From an uncultured Gammaproteobacteria bacterium (lineage in GTDB: Bacteria; Patescibacteriota; Patescibacteriia; UBA9570), in contig CAYLOJ010000004.1 of assembly GCA_964385285.1 (NCBI GenBank), positions 7,736 to 71,735 of the forward strand: a stretch of 64,000 bases of DNA, read 5' to 3'. The translations under genes and the position numbers were made by a program. This document shows, piece by piece, positions 19,855 to 29,865 of this stretch. Below the pieces are notes generated by a model. That model had not been told where the DNA came from. It ran no database searches and saw nothing but the letters and a program-made list of their open reading frames with translations. Numbering within the stretch: the stretch's first letter is position 1; every line of letters starts with the position of its first letter.

Positions 19855-21175
19855 ATACGCGCACCTCTCCACGGCCACCAGCGCCACCATTGCCACCAGA
19901 TGTTGTGCCGCCACCGCCACCGCCGCCACCTGCACCTAACGCACCATCTCCTCCGATACTACCCGCGCTATCCGTATCTCCACCACCACCGCCGCCAGAA
20001 CCACCACAAGCACCTTTGTTACTGGCTGCACCATTACCACCAACTGCTGATGTGGCACCGCCAATACCGCCAATAGCACCACCACCAGAGGCATAACGAC
20101 CAGTAGTACTACCAGCTCCACCAGCTGTACCGGCGTTGGCTGTTGTTACACCACCACCAGCGCCACCACCAGGACATCCATACATCGATGATCCGCCAGT
20201 ACCGCCCGCTGCAGGTACAGCGGAGCTGCCTGCGCCACCGCCGCCACCCCACTCCGCACCAGCACCTGTTACTCCAATAGCTCCCTGTTGACCTTGACCA
20301 CCGAATGCAGCTGCAGCAGAAGCTCCTGGAGCACCGCCGGAAACTGCAGTCGTTCCTGTACCTGTTATACCTGCGCCAGCAGTACCGCCACCGCCGCCAC
20401 CAACTGAAATATTGGCTGCGATGCCGCCTTCACCGCCACCGCCACCGCCTGCAAAACACAAAGTGCCACCGAATGTCGAGTTTCCACCAGCGCCACCGGC
20501 TGTACCAGAAGCACTACTGCCACCGCCGCCGGCAGTTCCACCAACACCCACATTAACAGATTCTGTTGAACCAAGATCCGCTGCACTAAAGGTGCGTTCA
20601 GTCAGTGCGCCACCGCCGCCGCCGCCACCGCCAATACGTGCAGAGGCTGCCGCTCCACCGTTGCCGCCGCCACCGCCGCCACCGCCGCCAATACAGACTA
20701 CTTTTACAGTCGTAACCCCGGCTGGTTTATTCCAGGTGTTGGCGCCTGTTGCAGTAAAGATTTGGACATCTCCTATCTTTCCCCAAGTACCGTTTCCTTC
20801 CCAAAACGACCCGGCACCCGCATTCGTACCCCCGTTTAAATTATTTACTGATAGATCTCCTGTCACCCCATTTGCCAGATTCACTTGTGACCAGGCAGGA
20901 TTATTGCTACCACCGGTATTGGATAAATAACGGGTGGCGGTAGTATTTTTTGCCAAAGCAACAATGGTGTTCGCCGCGGAACCATATAAGAGATCTCCCT
21001 GAGCAATCGTATTTAAACCTGTACCGCCTTGCGATGGCGTGACCAAAACATCACCAACTTCCGACCACGTATGTCCAGGATTCGGAGCAGCTGCCATCGC
21101 AATTTTAATGACAGAGGTGGCAAGACAAATCAATAAAAAAACGGATAGGATTGGATTAAAATATTTGAGTCTCAT
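19844..21175 (-). CDS. Secreted glycine-rich protein: ~150-aa N-terminal globular domain followed by ~280 aa of poly-Gly/Ala/Thr/Ser tracts
   Basis: Signal peptide MRLKYFNPILSVFLLICLATSVIKIAMA. Runs of G8-G10. Very high local GC from GGN codons. Ends RGEVRVYAW. Confidence 0.55.
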   Translation of the reverse strand: MRLKYFNPILSVFLLICLATSVIKIAMAAAPNPGHTWSEVGDVLVTPSQGGTGLNTIAQGDLLYGSAANTIVALAKNTTATRYLSNTGGSNNPAWSQVNLANGVTGDLSVNNLNGGTNAGAGSFWEGNGTWGKIGDVQIFTATGANTWNKPAGVTTVKVVCIGGGGGGGGGNGGAAASARIGGGGGGGGALTERTFSAADLGSTESVNVGVGGTAGGGGSSASGTAGGAGGNSTFGGTLCFAGGGGGGEGGIAANISVGGGGGGTAGAGITGTGTTAVSGGAPGASAAAAFGGQGQQGAIGVTGAGAEWGGGGGAGSSAVPAAGGTGGSSMYGCPGGGAGGGVTTANAGTAGGAGSTTGRYASGGGAIGGIGGATSAVGGNGAASNKGACGGSGGGGGGDTDSAGSIGGDGALGAGGGGGGGGTTSGGNGGAGGRGEVRVYAW

Positions 21176-21251
21176 TCTTTACTATATATCACGCGCATAG
21201 ACATTAGGCAATTCAAAAAGGATCAGATAGAATATAGGAATTGATAATATT

Positions 21252-22172
21252 ATGAAGCTATTTAAACACTCTCGTCCTGCAATCGTCTCTACTCTCGGAT
21301 TACTACTTTTGGGATGTTGTTTTATTCCACGCGCAAGCTGGGCATTGGGAATTAGTCCGGCTAATCTGGAATATCAACAGATTAAGACGAATTCCATTAT
21401 CCATGGCCAACTCTTGGTTTCCGGCACAAATAGCGTGACTACTGATACGCTCAACATTACGGCTACTGGTGAAGCAGCTGGAGCAATTGAATTGCCAGTG
21501 AATCAGATTACATTAGCTCCGCAAACGACTACACCTATTAACTACTCAATCAATACGGCTGGCTTAGAGCCCGGTAACTACACAGCTGATCTTTCGATCG
21601 TTCAGGCAATATCTGAAAAAAAAGTCGAAGACAATACCTCTGCCGTACAGACTGGAGCCACTGTACATGTACAGTTTTCAGTAACCACTGAAGATATTCA
21701 TCAATTATCTATTGATGGTGTCGAACTACGCACTACTGAGCAACCGATCACTCTGCAGTATCGATTGATTAATGGAGGGAATGTGAGCGATCGACCACTC
21801 AGTGCGACCTTGGCCATACAGAATCTCTCCACACACGAATCAAGACTCCTGACGATTGATGATCTATCATGGGTTGATCCATTTAACTCAATATCAGCCA
21901 ACATTCAATTACCCAGCAATCTCTCTGGTGGCAATTACGCCATCAGCGTTCAATTTACGAGTAATGATGGTGAGACTCTCTACACAAGCAGTGAACAACA
22001 CTTTCAGATTCCACTGACCTGGTACGAAACCATCACCCGAGCCAGTACAGCTCACCCCGTCACTGGGTTCATGATCACATTGGGTTGTTTACTCATCAGT
22101 GGTGCTGGCTTTTGGCTATATCAGAAGCGCGCACGCAGCACGTCCACAAAGTCAGCCAAGCACTCTGCTTGA
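21252..22172 (+). CDS. Type I membrane surface protein, family B (signal peptide, mature N-terminus LGISP, C-terminal TM anchor plus KRAR tail)
   Basis: Signal peptide ...IPRASWA / LGISPANLEYQQ. C-terminal FMITLGCLLISGAGFWLYQKRAR. Ig-like repetitive body. Confidence 0.6.
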   Translation: MKLFKHSRPAIVSTLGLLLLGCCFIPRASWALGISPANLEYQQIKTNSIIHGQLLVSGTNSVTTDTLNITATGEAAGAIELPVNQITLAPQTTTPINYSINTAGLEPGNYTADLSIVQAISEKKVEDNTSAVQTGATVHVQFSVTTEDIHQLSIDGVELRTTEQPITLQYRLINGGNVSDRPLSATLAIQNLSTHESRLLTIDDLSWVDPFNSISANIQLPSNLSGGNYAISVQFTSNDGETLYTSSEQHFQIPLTWYETITRASTAHPVTGFMITLGCLLISGAGFWLYQKRARSTSTKSAKHSA

Positions 22173-22197
22173 CATCGTTGTAAAAAGTGAGTACAAT
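22169..22197 (+). promoter_or_regulatory. Sigma-70-type promoter for guaB (TTGACA-17-TACAAT), near-leaderless
   Basis: TTGACA at 22169-22174, a 17-nt spacer, TACAAT at 22192-22197. The ATG at 22210 is only 12 nt after the -10 box, and no SD is present. Confidence 0.5.
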
Positions 22198-22209
22198 TCT
22201 TTTTAATAT

Positions 22210-23301
22210 ATGGCCGACATTTTAGATTTCCCTTTAGCCCTAACATTTGATGATGTTTTGCTGATTCCTCAAAAATCAGAGGTTTTGCCGCGCGATGTTA
22301 GCTTGCGCACAAAATTGACCAAATCCCTGTATTTAGAAATTCCACTATTATCGTCGCCCATGGATACCGTAACCGAAGCCTCTATGGCTATTGCCATGGG
22401 TAAAGAAGGTGGCCTGGGTATTTTGCATAAGAACATGGATGAGGACCAGCAAGTAGCAGAGGTCAAAAAGGTTAAACAAGCGGGTTTCTTGGCAGGCGCT
22501 GCGGTCAGCGTAGGTGAAAAAGCGATGCGTCGCGCTGAAGCGTTGATTGCTGCGCGCGTCGATGTTTTGGTGGTAGATAGCGCACATGGCCATTCTAAAG
22601 GAGTCATTGATATGGTGGCCTATTTGAAAAAAACCTATCCTACTATTCAGGTGATTGGTGGTAACGTCGCTACTCCAGAGGCCACAAAAGATCTGATCAA
22701 AGCAGGGGCAGATGCAGTTAAGGTAGGAATTGGTCCTGGTTCAATTTGTACGACTCGTATTGTGGCCGGTATCGGCGTTCCACAGCTCACGGCTATTATG
22801 ATGTGCGCAAAAGAAGCTAAGAAATCTGGTGTACCGATTATTGCCGATGGTGGCATCCGTTATTCTGGTGATATTGTGAAAGCGTTAGCGGCTGGTGCAA
22901 GCGCAGTGATGATGGGTGGTGTGCTAGCTGGTACTGATGAGGCTCCGGGTGAAGTAGTAGAAGACAAGGGTACTAAAATGAAGGTATATCGCGGAATGGG
23001 CTCACTGGAAGCAATGGAACGTGGTAGTAAAGATCGTTACTTACAAGAATCTGTAACCGAAGCTAAGAAACTGGTACCAGAAGGAATTGTTGGAAAAATT
23101 AAGTACAAAGGCCCTGTTGATACGGTCGTTTACCAGTTATTAGGTGGTTTGCGAGCTGGTTTAGGTTATTGTGGAGCCGAAACCATTGAAGAACTACACA
23201 AACGTGCCAAATTTGTCCGGATTACCAATGCTGGTATCCGCGAAAGCCATCCGCATAGTCTTTCCTACATTGCCGACGCTCCCAACTATACTTTAAATTA
23301 A
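22210..23301 (+). CDS. guaB: IMP dehydrogenase, short form lacking the CBS (Bateman) subdomain
   Basis: [13 protein letters not shown]...[11 protein letters not shown]...[20 protein letters not shown] are IMPDH signatures. The sequence runs from the SSPMDTVTE block into the second barrel half with no CBS pair. 363 aa. Confidence 0.85.
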   Translation: MADILDFPLALTFDDVLLIPQKSEVLPRDVSLRTKLTKSLYLEIPLLSSPMDTVTEASMAIAMGKEGGLGILHKNMDEDQQVAEVKKVKQAGFLAGAAVSVGEKAMRRAEALIAARVDVLVVDSAHGHSKGVIDMVAYLKKTYPTIQVIGGNVATPEATKDLIKAGADAVKVGIGPGSICTTRIVAGIGVPQLTAIMMCAKEAKKSGVPIIADGGIRYSGDIVKALAAGASAVMMGGVLAGTDEAPGEVVEDKGTKMKVYRGMGSLEAMERGSKDRYLQESVTEAKKLVPEGIVGKIKYKGPVDTVVYQLLGGLRAGLGYCGAETIEELHKRAKFVRITNAGIRESHPHSLSYIADAPNYTLN

Positions 23302-23312
23302 TTGTCGTTAAA

Positions 23313-24377
23313 TTAATTTGGTCCAAGTGATCGCTGCAATGCGCCGTAATCCTGCGCATTTTTTAGTTCACGAGAGATCGCTAAACTATGTTGTTGAAAT
23401 TCATCCTCAACTGCAAATAGTTGCTCTTGCAGACCGGCAATATCCCTATCTCCTTGTGCCACTAGGTCACGCAGACGATCTCGCTGATCAGCTGTTTTCA
23501 ATAATTGGACATTCGCTTTTAGTTCAAGAATCATCTCACGACGTAAAGCTACGCTCTGTAACTTAAATTCGGAAGCTTTTCTCCCTAATTCAATAAGCGC
23601 TTTTTTATTTGGTATTTCATCTGGCACATTTGTACCTAGCTTCTGATACAGTACAGCAAACTCTTCGTCAGAGATTAACTCCTGTTCTACACGATGCATC
23701 ACTAATTCATAGTAACGTGTGGCCCGGACATTATACTCGCGGTCAGGCAGATCTTGCCGCGGTTTATCTGGAGGCAACGTTAACATCTTTACTTCTGGTA
23801 GCGCTAACATCTGGCGATAAGCATCATGAGCTGCTTGATAAAAGGCGGTCACCTCTGGACTATTCGAGGGCGCAGACAACTCTGCATCAATCAATAAATC
23901 ATTCATTCGTGCTAAAACCATCCCCCGCTCCTGCAGCAAATTCATCGGAACATTATTGGTAGTAGCCAACGAATCCTGCAGGGCTTGCGGTGCTGGTTCT
24001 TCTCCGTCCATATCTGACATTGCTATCTGCTCAAATGCGCTTACCAACTGATCAAGACGTTGATCGCAAGCTTCCCGCATTTTCTGATTCAGATCGAGCA
24101 GTTGAGTAGAACAATCAACCAGTGCCTGGCCATTTTTAAATTCGGTTCGCTTTGAAAAAATGGATAATCTAAATTCAACAATTGCATCTTGATCTCGACT
24201 GATTTCTTCCTTGCGACTGATCAAACTCCAGCGCTGTCTATCATTGCTGGCTAATGCTTCACGGTATTTGGAATTTTCTTTTTTCCAGCCTTTGTCTTCC
24301 TCTTGGTCAGCATGATCAGCTGATCCTTCTGCTTCATTATTGTGATCTGGTTTTTTTGTTTCTAATCTTTGTGTCAT
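23313..24377 (-). CDS. Hypothetical coiled-coil protein
   Basis: 355-aa ORF, charged/helical, no recognised motif. The start is chosen at MTQRLETKK. Confidence 0.45.
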   Translation of the reverse strand: MTQRLETKKPDHNNEAEGSADHADQEEDKGWKKENSKYREALASNDRQRWSLISRKEEISRDQDAIVEFRLSIFSKRTEFKNGQALVDCSTQLLDLNQKMREACDQRLDQLVSAFEQIAMSDMDGEEPAPQALQDSLATTNNVPMNLLQERGMVLARMNDLLIDAELSAPSNSPEVTAFYQAAHDAYRQMLALPEVKMLTLPPDKPRQDLPDREYNVRATRYYELVMHRVEQELISDEEFAVLYQKLGTNVPDEIPNKKALIELGRKASEFKLQSVALRREMILELKANVQLLKTADQRDRLRDLVAQGDRDIAGLQEQLFAVEDEFQQHSLAISRELKNAQDYGALQRSLGPN

Positions 24378-24418
24378 GGTTATAGAATAACACAAAAAAC
24401 TATGAAAGTCAAGTATAA

Positions 24419-25807
24419 CTAAACCTTTACGCGTTTGCGTAACGTCTGATGATGTGACTCGAGCTGATCTAACAGCTCGCTTTCATTTACAAAATTGTGG
24501 CGACGACCAGTGATCACAAAGCGTCCATTCACCATCACGTCACGAGCCGTATAGCCACCATGTGTAATGAAATTTCCTAATAAGGTTTGCGGTTGTCGTG
24601 GATCAAACGGTACGAACATCCGATCTTTCAATTTCCAGAAGGTAAGATCGGCTTTATATCCAGGTAGGATTTTTCCAATTTGCTTACCCAAACCAACCAC
24701 ATTAGCACCATTGCTGGTTAACATTAAAAATAGCTCTTCAAATGTGGCTGGATATTTTGTATCTTGGTGCATCAATTTTCCTTGAAATGCCTCAGACACA
24801 AGATCTAGCTTACTCTTCGAGATTACACTATCCGTGCCAAGCGCTAACCGATCTCCGGCTCCGGCTACAACATAATTCCCGTAAGGAAACTGCCCGGATT
24901 TATGTAAGCGATTTGAAGTGGGCAAATGAACAATACCAACCTTATATTTGGCTAACAATTGTATTTCATCTGTGGTGAAATGTACCGCATGTGATAATAC
25001 TAACCGGGGCGATAACAGTTTAGCCTTAGCTAACACCTCAATCGGACGCAGCCCATGTTTATGTACAATCGCAGCTACCTCTGCCAACGTTTCCCCACAA
25101 TGAATAGTCAATATTACTTTGGGGTGTTTGGCTAGCCATTGCTGAATTTTAACCAACTCCTTCATGTCGGTGCGCTGCAAAGTATGGATCGTAATTCCGT
25201 GAGTGATTAATTGATCAGTGATTTTTAATGCCTTAGTGGCTTTAGCCAGATTAGCGCTAGGATCAGTTTTGCTAGCCACACTGATGGCATCCACCAGACG
25301 AATATATGATCGTCGTGCGGCTGCTGTGGTAGCCTCCGGCGTATGATAATGTGACAATACCGTGGTTGTCCCAAACTTCTGTTCTTCCGTAAAATCTCCA
25401 ATGGCAGCAATGGTTTGATCTTCCACAGACATGGCACGTTCAACTTTGCGTGCGATCTGCAATGCCTCTTCTGTCGAAGCCTGATGATTATGCAGTAAGG
25501 TTGTAGAACGCAACAGATACATTGGCGGATGGGCATGAGCATTTACAAAACCAGGCATCACTAATACACCACCGCGCAAACCTGCATTGTAGATTAAATC
25601 GGCTTTGGCTCGGTAATTACCTGCGGCTTTCGTGGGTACAATATCTTTGATCGTATCTCCTTCAACATAGATCGAAACGTGTTTACGGTATTTGACCTGA
25701 TTCCGTTCATCGGCACTCACCGTAAATGGAATATGGTCGATCAGAATACTGTGTGGCAAGGATTGCGCAGTTCTCCAAATGTAGCGGTCGGCATGATCAT
25801 GTTTCAT
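24419..25807 (-). CDS. Metal-dependent amidohydrolase (ATZ/TRZ / MtaD / cytosine-guanine deaminase-like)
   Basis: FVNAHAHPP (HxH), IHCGE (HxxE) and GTDSV metal ligands. The start is chosen at MKHDHADRY (25807). Confidence 0.7.
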   Translation of the reverse strand: MKHDHADRYIWRTAQSLPHSILIDHIPFTVSADERNQVKYRKHVSIYVEGDTIKDIVPTKAAGNYRAKADLIYNAGLRGGVLVMPGFVNAHAHPPMYLLRSTTLLHNHQASTEEALQIARKVERAMSVEDQTIAAIGDFTEEQKFGTTTVLSHYHTPEATTAAARRSYIRLVDAISVASKTDPSANLAKATKALKITDQLITHGITIHTLQRTDMKELVKIQQWLAKHPKVILTIHCGETLAEVAAIVHKHGLRPIEVLAKAKLLSPRLVLSHAVHFTTDEIQLLAKYKVGIVHLPTSNRLHKSGQFPYGNYVVAGAGDRLALGTDSVISKSKLDLVSEAFQGKLMHQDTKYPATFEELFLMLTSNGANVVGLGKQIGKILPGYKADLTFWKLKDRMFVPFDPRQPQTLLGNFITHGGYTARDVMVNGRFVITGRRHNFVNESELLDQLESHHQTLRKRVKV

Positions 25808-25830
25808 GGTTGTAGTATAACATATAACCA

Positions 25831-25857
25831 AAAATCCCCTCCTGGACAGGAGGGGAT
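25831..25857 (-). terminator. Rho-independent terminator downstream of rpoC
   Basis: cccctcc-tggaca-ggagggg hairpin at 25836-25855, followed on the minus strand by ATTTTTGG. Confidence 0.6.
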
Positions 25858-25884
25858 AAATCACGCAGTGATTTTGGGGAGGTG

Positions 25885-28800
25885 TTAAATCTCCATGGCG
25901 GCCGCAGCTTGCTCAGCTTCGCGACGTTCGCGGGCTTTCGCAGCACGATTTTCGCGGATTGCCTTTTCTTCTGCTTCCACCTTTGCAGCCATAGCTTGGT
26001 GATCGACGCCATAACCGGTACCAACTGGAATCAGTTTACCGATAATCACGTTTTCTTTTAGACCACGCAAGAAATCTACTTTACCAGTAACTGCCGCATC
26101 GATTAAGACGCGAGCTGTTTCTTGGAAAGAGGCGGCAGACAAGAAGCTGTCCGTCGACAAGGAAGCTTTGGTAATTCCTAAGAGAATATTTTCTACTTCA
26201 GGGATCTTACCTTTGCGCTCTTTCACCTCATCTACGGCTTCTAGGTAAGCATCACGAGTGATAACATCACCGGCGACTAAATCAGAATCGCCTGATTCGA
26301 CAATACGATAACGTGAGAACATGGAACGTACAATCGTTTCAACGTGTTTATCGTTTAATTTCTGACCTTGTGACGAATAGATGTACTGAATCTCTTTCAA
26401 GATATACTGTTCAATGGCTTCACGACCACGTAAGGCGAACAGTTCTTGTAGATCCAAGTTACCTTCACTCAATTGCTGACCACGGACCACGAGATCACCG
26501 GGTTTAACCCAGATGCTGTAACCCACTGGAACTGGTAATTCAGCAACTTGTTCACGTTCACTAAAGATTTGAATCTCTTTATCCGTTAAGGTCACTGTGC
26601 CACCGGTAGTAGCAACCACTGGTTTGCCAGCTTTTTCAGCGATCGTATCGCCCTCAACTACTTTCTGACCATCCTTCACCATCAACTTCATGGTTTTGGT
26701 ACGACGGTGAATTTCTTTTGAGTTGCGAACCGCTTTGATAGTGATCACCTTCTGCTTGCCAGTTTCGATAATATCATCAATGGTACCATCCACATCAGAT
26801 AAGATCGCTTTACGCTTAATTGGGCGCGCTTCAAATAATTCTTCAACGCGAGGTAAGCCTTGGGTAATATCTCCACCAGCAACACCACCAGTATGGAAGG
26901 TACGCATGGTCAGCTGAGTACCAGGTTCACCAATAGATTGAGCGGCGATGATACCTACCGCTGTACCAATTGCGACCAGTTTATTGTGACCAAGATCATA
27001 ACCATAGCACAGTTGGCACACACCACGCTGAGTAGCACAGGTTAGCACTGAACGTAAACGCACAGATTTCAATTTGGCCTTTTCTAAAGCTGGCAAGTGA
27101 CTTTCTGTAATCAGTTCATTACGTTTGGCAATGATCTCTTTACCATCTTTCACATCTTCAGCTACTACACGACCGATCATGCGACTAGCTAAGGATTGAC
27201 CCATCTCTTCACTTTCTTCAAAGGTGACTAGGCGGCCATCTTTGGTACCGCAATCCATCTCGCGAGTAATGACATCTTGAGCAACGTCGATTAAACGACG
27301 CGTCAGATAACCGGCATTAGCTGTACGTAAGGCGGTATCCGTTAACCCTTTACGTGCACCATGAGTGGAAATGAAGTATTCCAATACATCAAACCCTTCT
27401 TTAAATGAAGACTTCACTGGTAACTCGATGGTATCACCAGTTGAGTTAATCACTAAGCCTTTCATACCCATCATCTGAGTCAACTGACCCCAAGAACCAC
27501 GAGCACCAGAATCAATCATGGCGAAGGCAGAGCTATTTTCATCTAACGCATTCTGACAATAACCTTGGACTTCATTTTTAACACGTGTCCAGATTTCAAT
27601 GACGCGCACACGTCGTTCTTCGTCTGTCAGTAAGCCCATTTCGTATTGACTATGTACTTCATCAACCTGAGCTTCACCACGTGTCATGATCTCTTTCTTC
27701 TGGGTCAATACTGGTGTGTCATCCATACCCCAACTGAGGCCAGATTTAGTCACATACTCAATCGCACGATCCTTAATATCATCGATCAATGTCACTGTAC
27801 GTTCGTTACCGAACATCGCGAAGACACGAGCAATAATATTTTTCAATTCTTTCTTATCCACCAAGATATTCACGAATCCTAACTCATTTGGAATTAACTC
27901 ATTGAACAAGATGCGACCAGCTGAGGTTTCAATTAACGTACCCTCTAGTTTTAGCCAGACGCGAGTTTGTAATTGAATACGATCCGTTTGGTAGGCCAAC
28001 AATACCTCATCAAAATCTGCGAAGTAGAGTTTTTTACCATTGGTGGTATCCCGTAGCAACGTCATGAAGTAACAACCCAGAACGATATCCTGCGAAGGAG
28101 TGACGACTGGTTCACCGGTAGCTGGCTTCAACAAGTTCTTGGAAGATAGCATTAAGTTGGCAGCTTCTTCTTTTGCTTCGGCTGTGAGTGGAACGTGTAC
28201 AGCCATTTGGTCACCATCAAAGTCCGCATTAAACGCAGTACATACTAAGGGGTGAATTTGAATGGCTTTACCTTCGATGAGCACTGGCTGGAAAGCCTGA
28301 ATACCCAAACGATGTAAGGTTGGAGCACGGTTTAATAGTACATGTGATGTACGAGTAATTTCTTCGAGAATATCCCAAACTTCAGCACGACCAGATTCAA
28401 TAAAGCGGTTAGCGCTACGTACATTGTAGACGTATTCACGTTCGATCAATTTGGAGATCACGAATGGACGGAATAGTTCCAAAGCCATGCGTTTTGGCAG
28501 ACCACATTGATTTAATTTCAAATGTGGACCAACCACGATAACGGAACGACCAGAGTAGTCGACACGTTTACCGAGCAAGTTCTGACGGAAACGACCTTGT
28601 TTACCTTTTAACATGTCAGCCAACGATTTCAACATACGTTTCTGGCCAGTCGCCGCAGTCACAGTTTTGCCATGACGAGCACCATTGTCGATCAAGGCAT
28701 CGACCGCTTCTTGCAACATGCGCTTTTCATTGCGCTGAATAACTTCAGGAGCATTTAACTCTTTCAAACGCTTTAAGCGATTATTGCGATTAATAACACG

Positions 28801-29847
28801 GCGATACAGATCGTTCAAATCAGAAGCAGCAAAGCGACCACCATCTAATTGCACCATCGGGCGCAAGTCTGGTGGAATAACTGGAACAGTCACCATAATC
28901 ATCGAACTAGGTTCGATCTTATTTTTCTTCAAGTTCTTAGCCAACTTCAATCGACGAATAATCCGTTGCGCCTGATTCTTGGAGACCGTTTTCATCTCCT
29001 CTTCAAGCATCGGAATCATTTCATCTAGTTTGACGCGGTTGAGTAGTTCATGAATAGCTTCAGCACCGATACTAGCTTCAAACAGATGACCATATTTCAA
29101 TGACAAGTCTTGATATTTGGTTTCTGAAATAATTTGCATGGGTTTAAGATCACGCAATTCTTTCTTCGCCATATCCACAGCATCATCGAGATCATTCAAC
29201 TTTTCATCACGCATGATAGAAGCATTAACTAGCTCTGCCTCATAGTGATCAGCTACTTTCTTCTTCTTACCATCAGCTGTTTCCTTAGCTACAGCATCAT
29301 CACGTTGCTGTTTTAGCTGAGTAATCACGCGATTGTTTTCAGCTTTGATTGCTTTGCGTTTCTGCTCAGCTTCCACATCAATCTGCTCGATCGTCTGAGC
29401 TTTCATCTCTTCATTTACATCGCTGATAATGAAGTTAGCAAAGTAGATGACCTTTTCTAAAGACTGGACAGACAGATCCAAAATCAAACCAATCTTGGAA
29501 GGAACGCCACGAAGGAACCAAATGTGAGATACTGGAGCGGCTAAATCGATATGACCCATGCGTTCACGACGAACGATGGAACGTGTGACCTCTACTCCAC
29601 ATTTATCGCAAACAATTCCTTTGTAACGAATTTTTTTATACTTACCACAGTAGCATTCCCAATCCTTAGATGGACCGAAAATCTTCTCACAGAACAAACC
29701 ATCTTTTTCAGGTTTTTGGGTACGGTAGTTGATGGTTTCAGGGCGGGTGACTTCACCATGAGACCACTCGTGGATCTCATCCGGGGACGCAATCTTAAGA
29801 CGGATGGCGTCGAAATCGTTGGTACGTGTAACTTGATATTCAGACAT
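25885..29847 (-). CDS. rpoC: DNA-directed RNA polymerase subunit beta'
   Basis: 1320 aa, [12 protein letters not shown] catalytic motif, zinc-binding CxxC...CxxC N-terminus. Confidence 0.95.
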   Translation of the reverse strand: MSEYQVTRTNDFDAIRLKIASPDEIHEWSHGEVTRPETINYRTQKPEKDGLFCEKIFGPSKDWECYCGKYKKIRYKGIVCDKCGVEVTRSIVRRERMGHIDLAAPVSHIWFLRGVPSKIGLILDLSVQSLEKVIYFANFIISDVNEEMKAQTIEQIDVEAEQKRKAIKAENNRVITQLKQQRDDAVAKETADGKKKKVADHYEAELVNASIMRDEKLNDLDDAVDMAKKELRDLKPMQIISETKYQDLSLKYGHLFEASIGAEAIHELLNRVKLDEMIPMLEEEMKTVSKNQAQRIIRRLKLAKNLKKNKIEPSSMIMVTVPVIPPDLRPMVQLDGGRFAASDLNDLYRRVINRNNRLKRLKELNAPEVIQRNEKRMLQEAVDALIDNGARHGKTVTAATGQKRMLKSLADMLKGKQGRFRQNLLGKRVDYSGRSVIVVGPHLKLNQCGLPKRMALELFRPFVISKLIEREYVYNVRSANRFIESGRAEVWDILEEITRTSHVLLNRAPTLHRLGIQAFQPVLIEGKAIQIHPLVCTAFNADFDGDQMAVHVPLTAEAKEEAANLMLSSKNLLKPATGEPVVTPSQDIVLGCYFMTLLRDTTNGKKLYFADFDEVLLAYQTDRIQLQTRVWLKLEGTLIETSAGRILFNELIPNELGFVNILVDKKELKNIIARVFAMFGNERTVTLIDDIKDRAIEYVTKSGLSWGMDDTPVLTQKKEIMTRGEAQVDEVHSQYEMGLLTDEERRVRVIEIWTRVKNEVQGYCQNALDENSSAFAMIDSGARGSWGQLTQMMGMKGLVINSTGDTIELPVKSSFKEGFDVLEYFISTHGARKGLTDTALRTANAGYLTRRLIDVAQDVITREMDCGTKDGRLVTFEESEEMGQSLASRMIGRVVAEDVKDGKEIIAKRNELITESHLPALEKAKLKSVRLRSVLTCATQRGVCQLCYGYDLGHNKLVAIGTAVGIIAAQSIGEPGTQLTMRTFHTGGVAGGDITQGLPRVEELFEARPIKRKAILSDVDGTIDDIIETGKQKVITIKAVRNSKEIHRRTKTMKLMVKDGQKVVEGDTIAEKAGKPVVATTGGTVTLTDKEIQIFSEREQVAELPVPVGYSIWVKPGDLVVRGQQLSEGNLDLQELFALRGREAIEQYILKEIQYIYSSQGQKLNDKHVETIVRSMFSRYRIVESGDSDLVAGDVITRDAYLEAVDEVKERKGKIPEVENILLGITKASLSTDSFLSAASFQETARVLIDAAVTGKVDFLRGLKENVIIGKLIPVGTGYGVDHQAMAAKVEAEEKAIRENRAAKARERREAEQAAAAMEI

Positions 29848-29865
29848 ATATTGATGCGTTACCGG

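Noticed and set aside
19890-20930. Proline-rich plus-strand ORFs (68, 83, 172 aa) and a 61-aa minus-frame ORF inside the Gly-rich gene
   Set aside because: CCN/GCN codons are the reverse complements of the GGN/GCC glycine/alanine repeats, so they are antisense artifacts.
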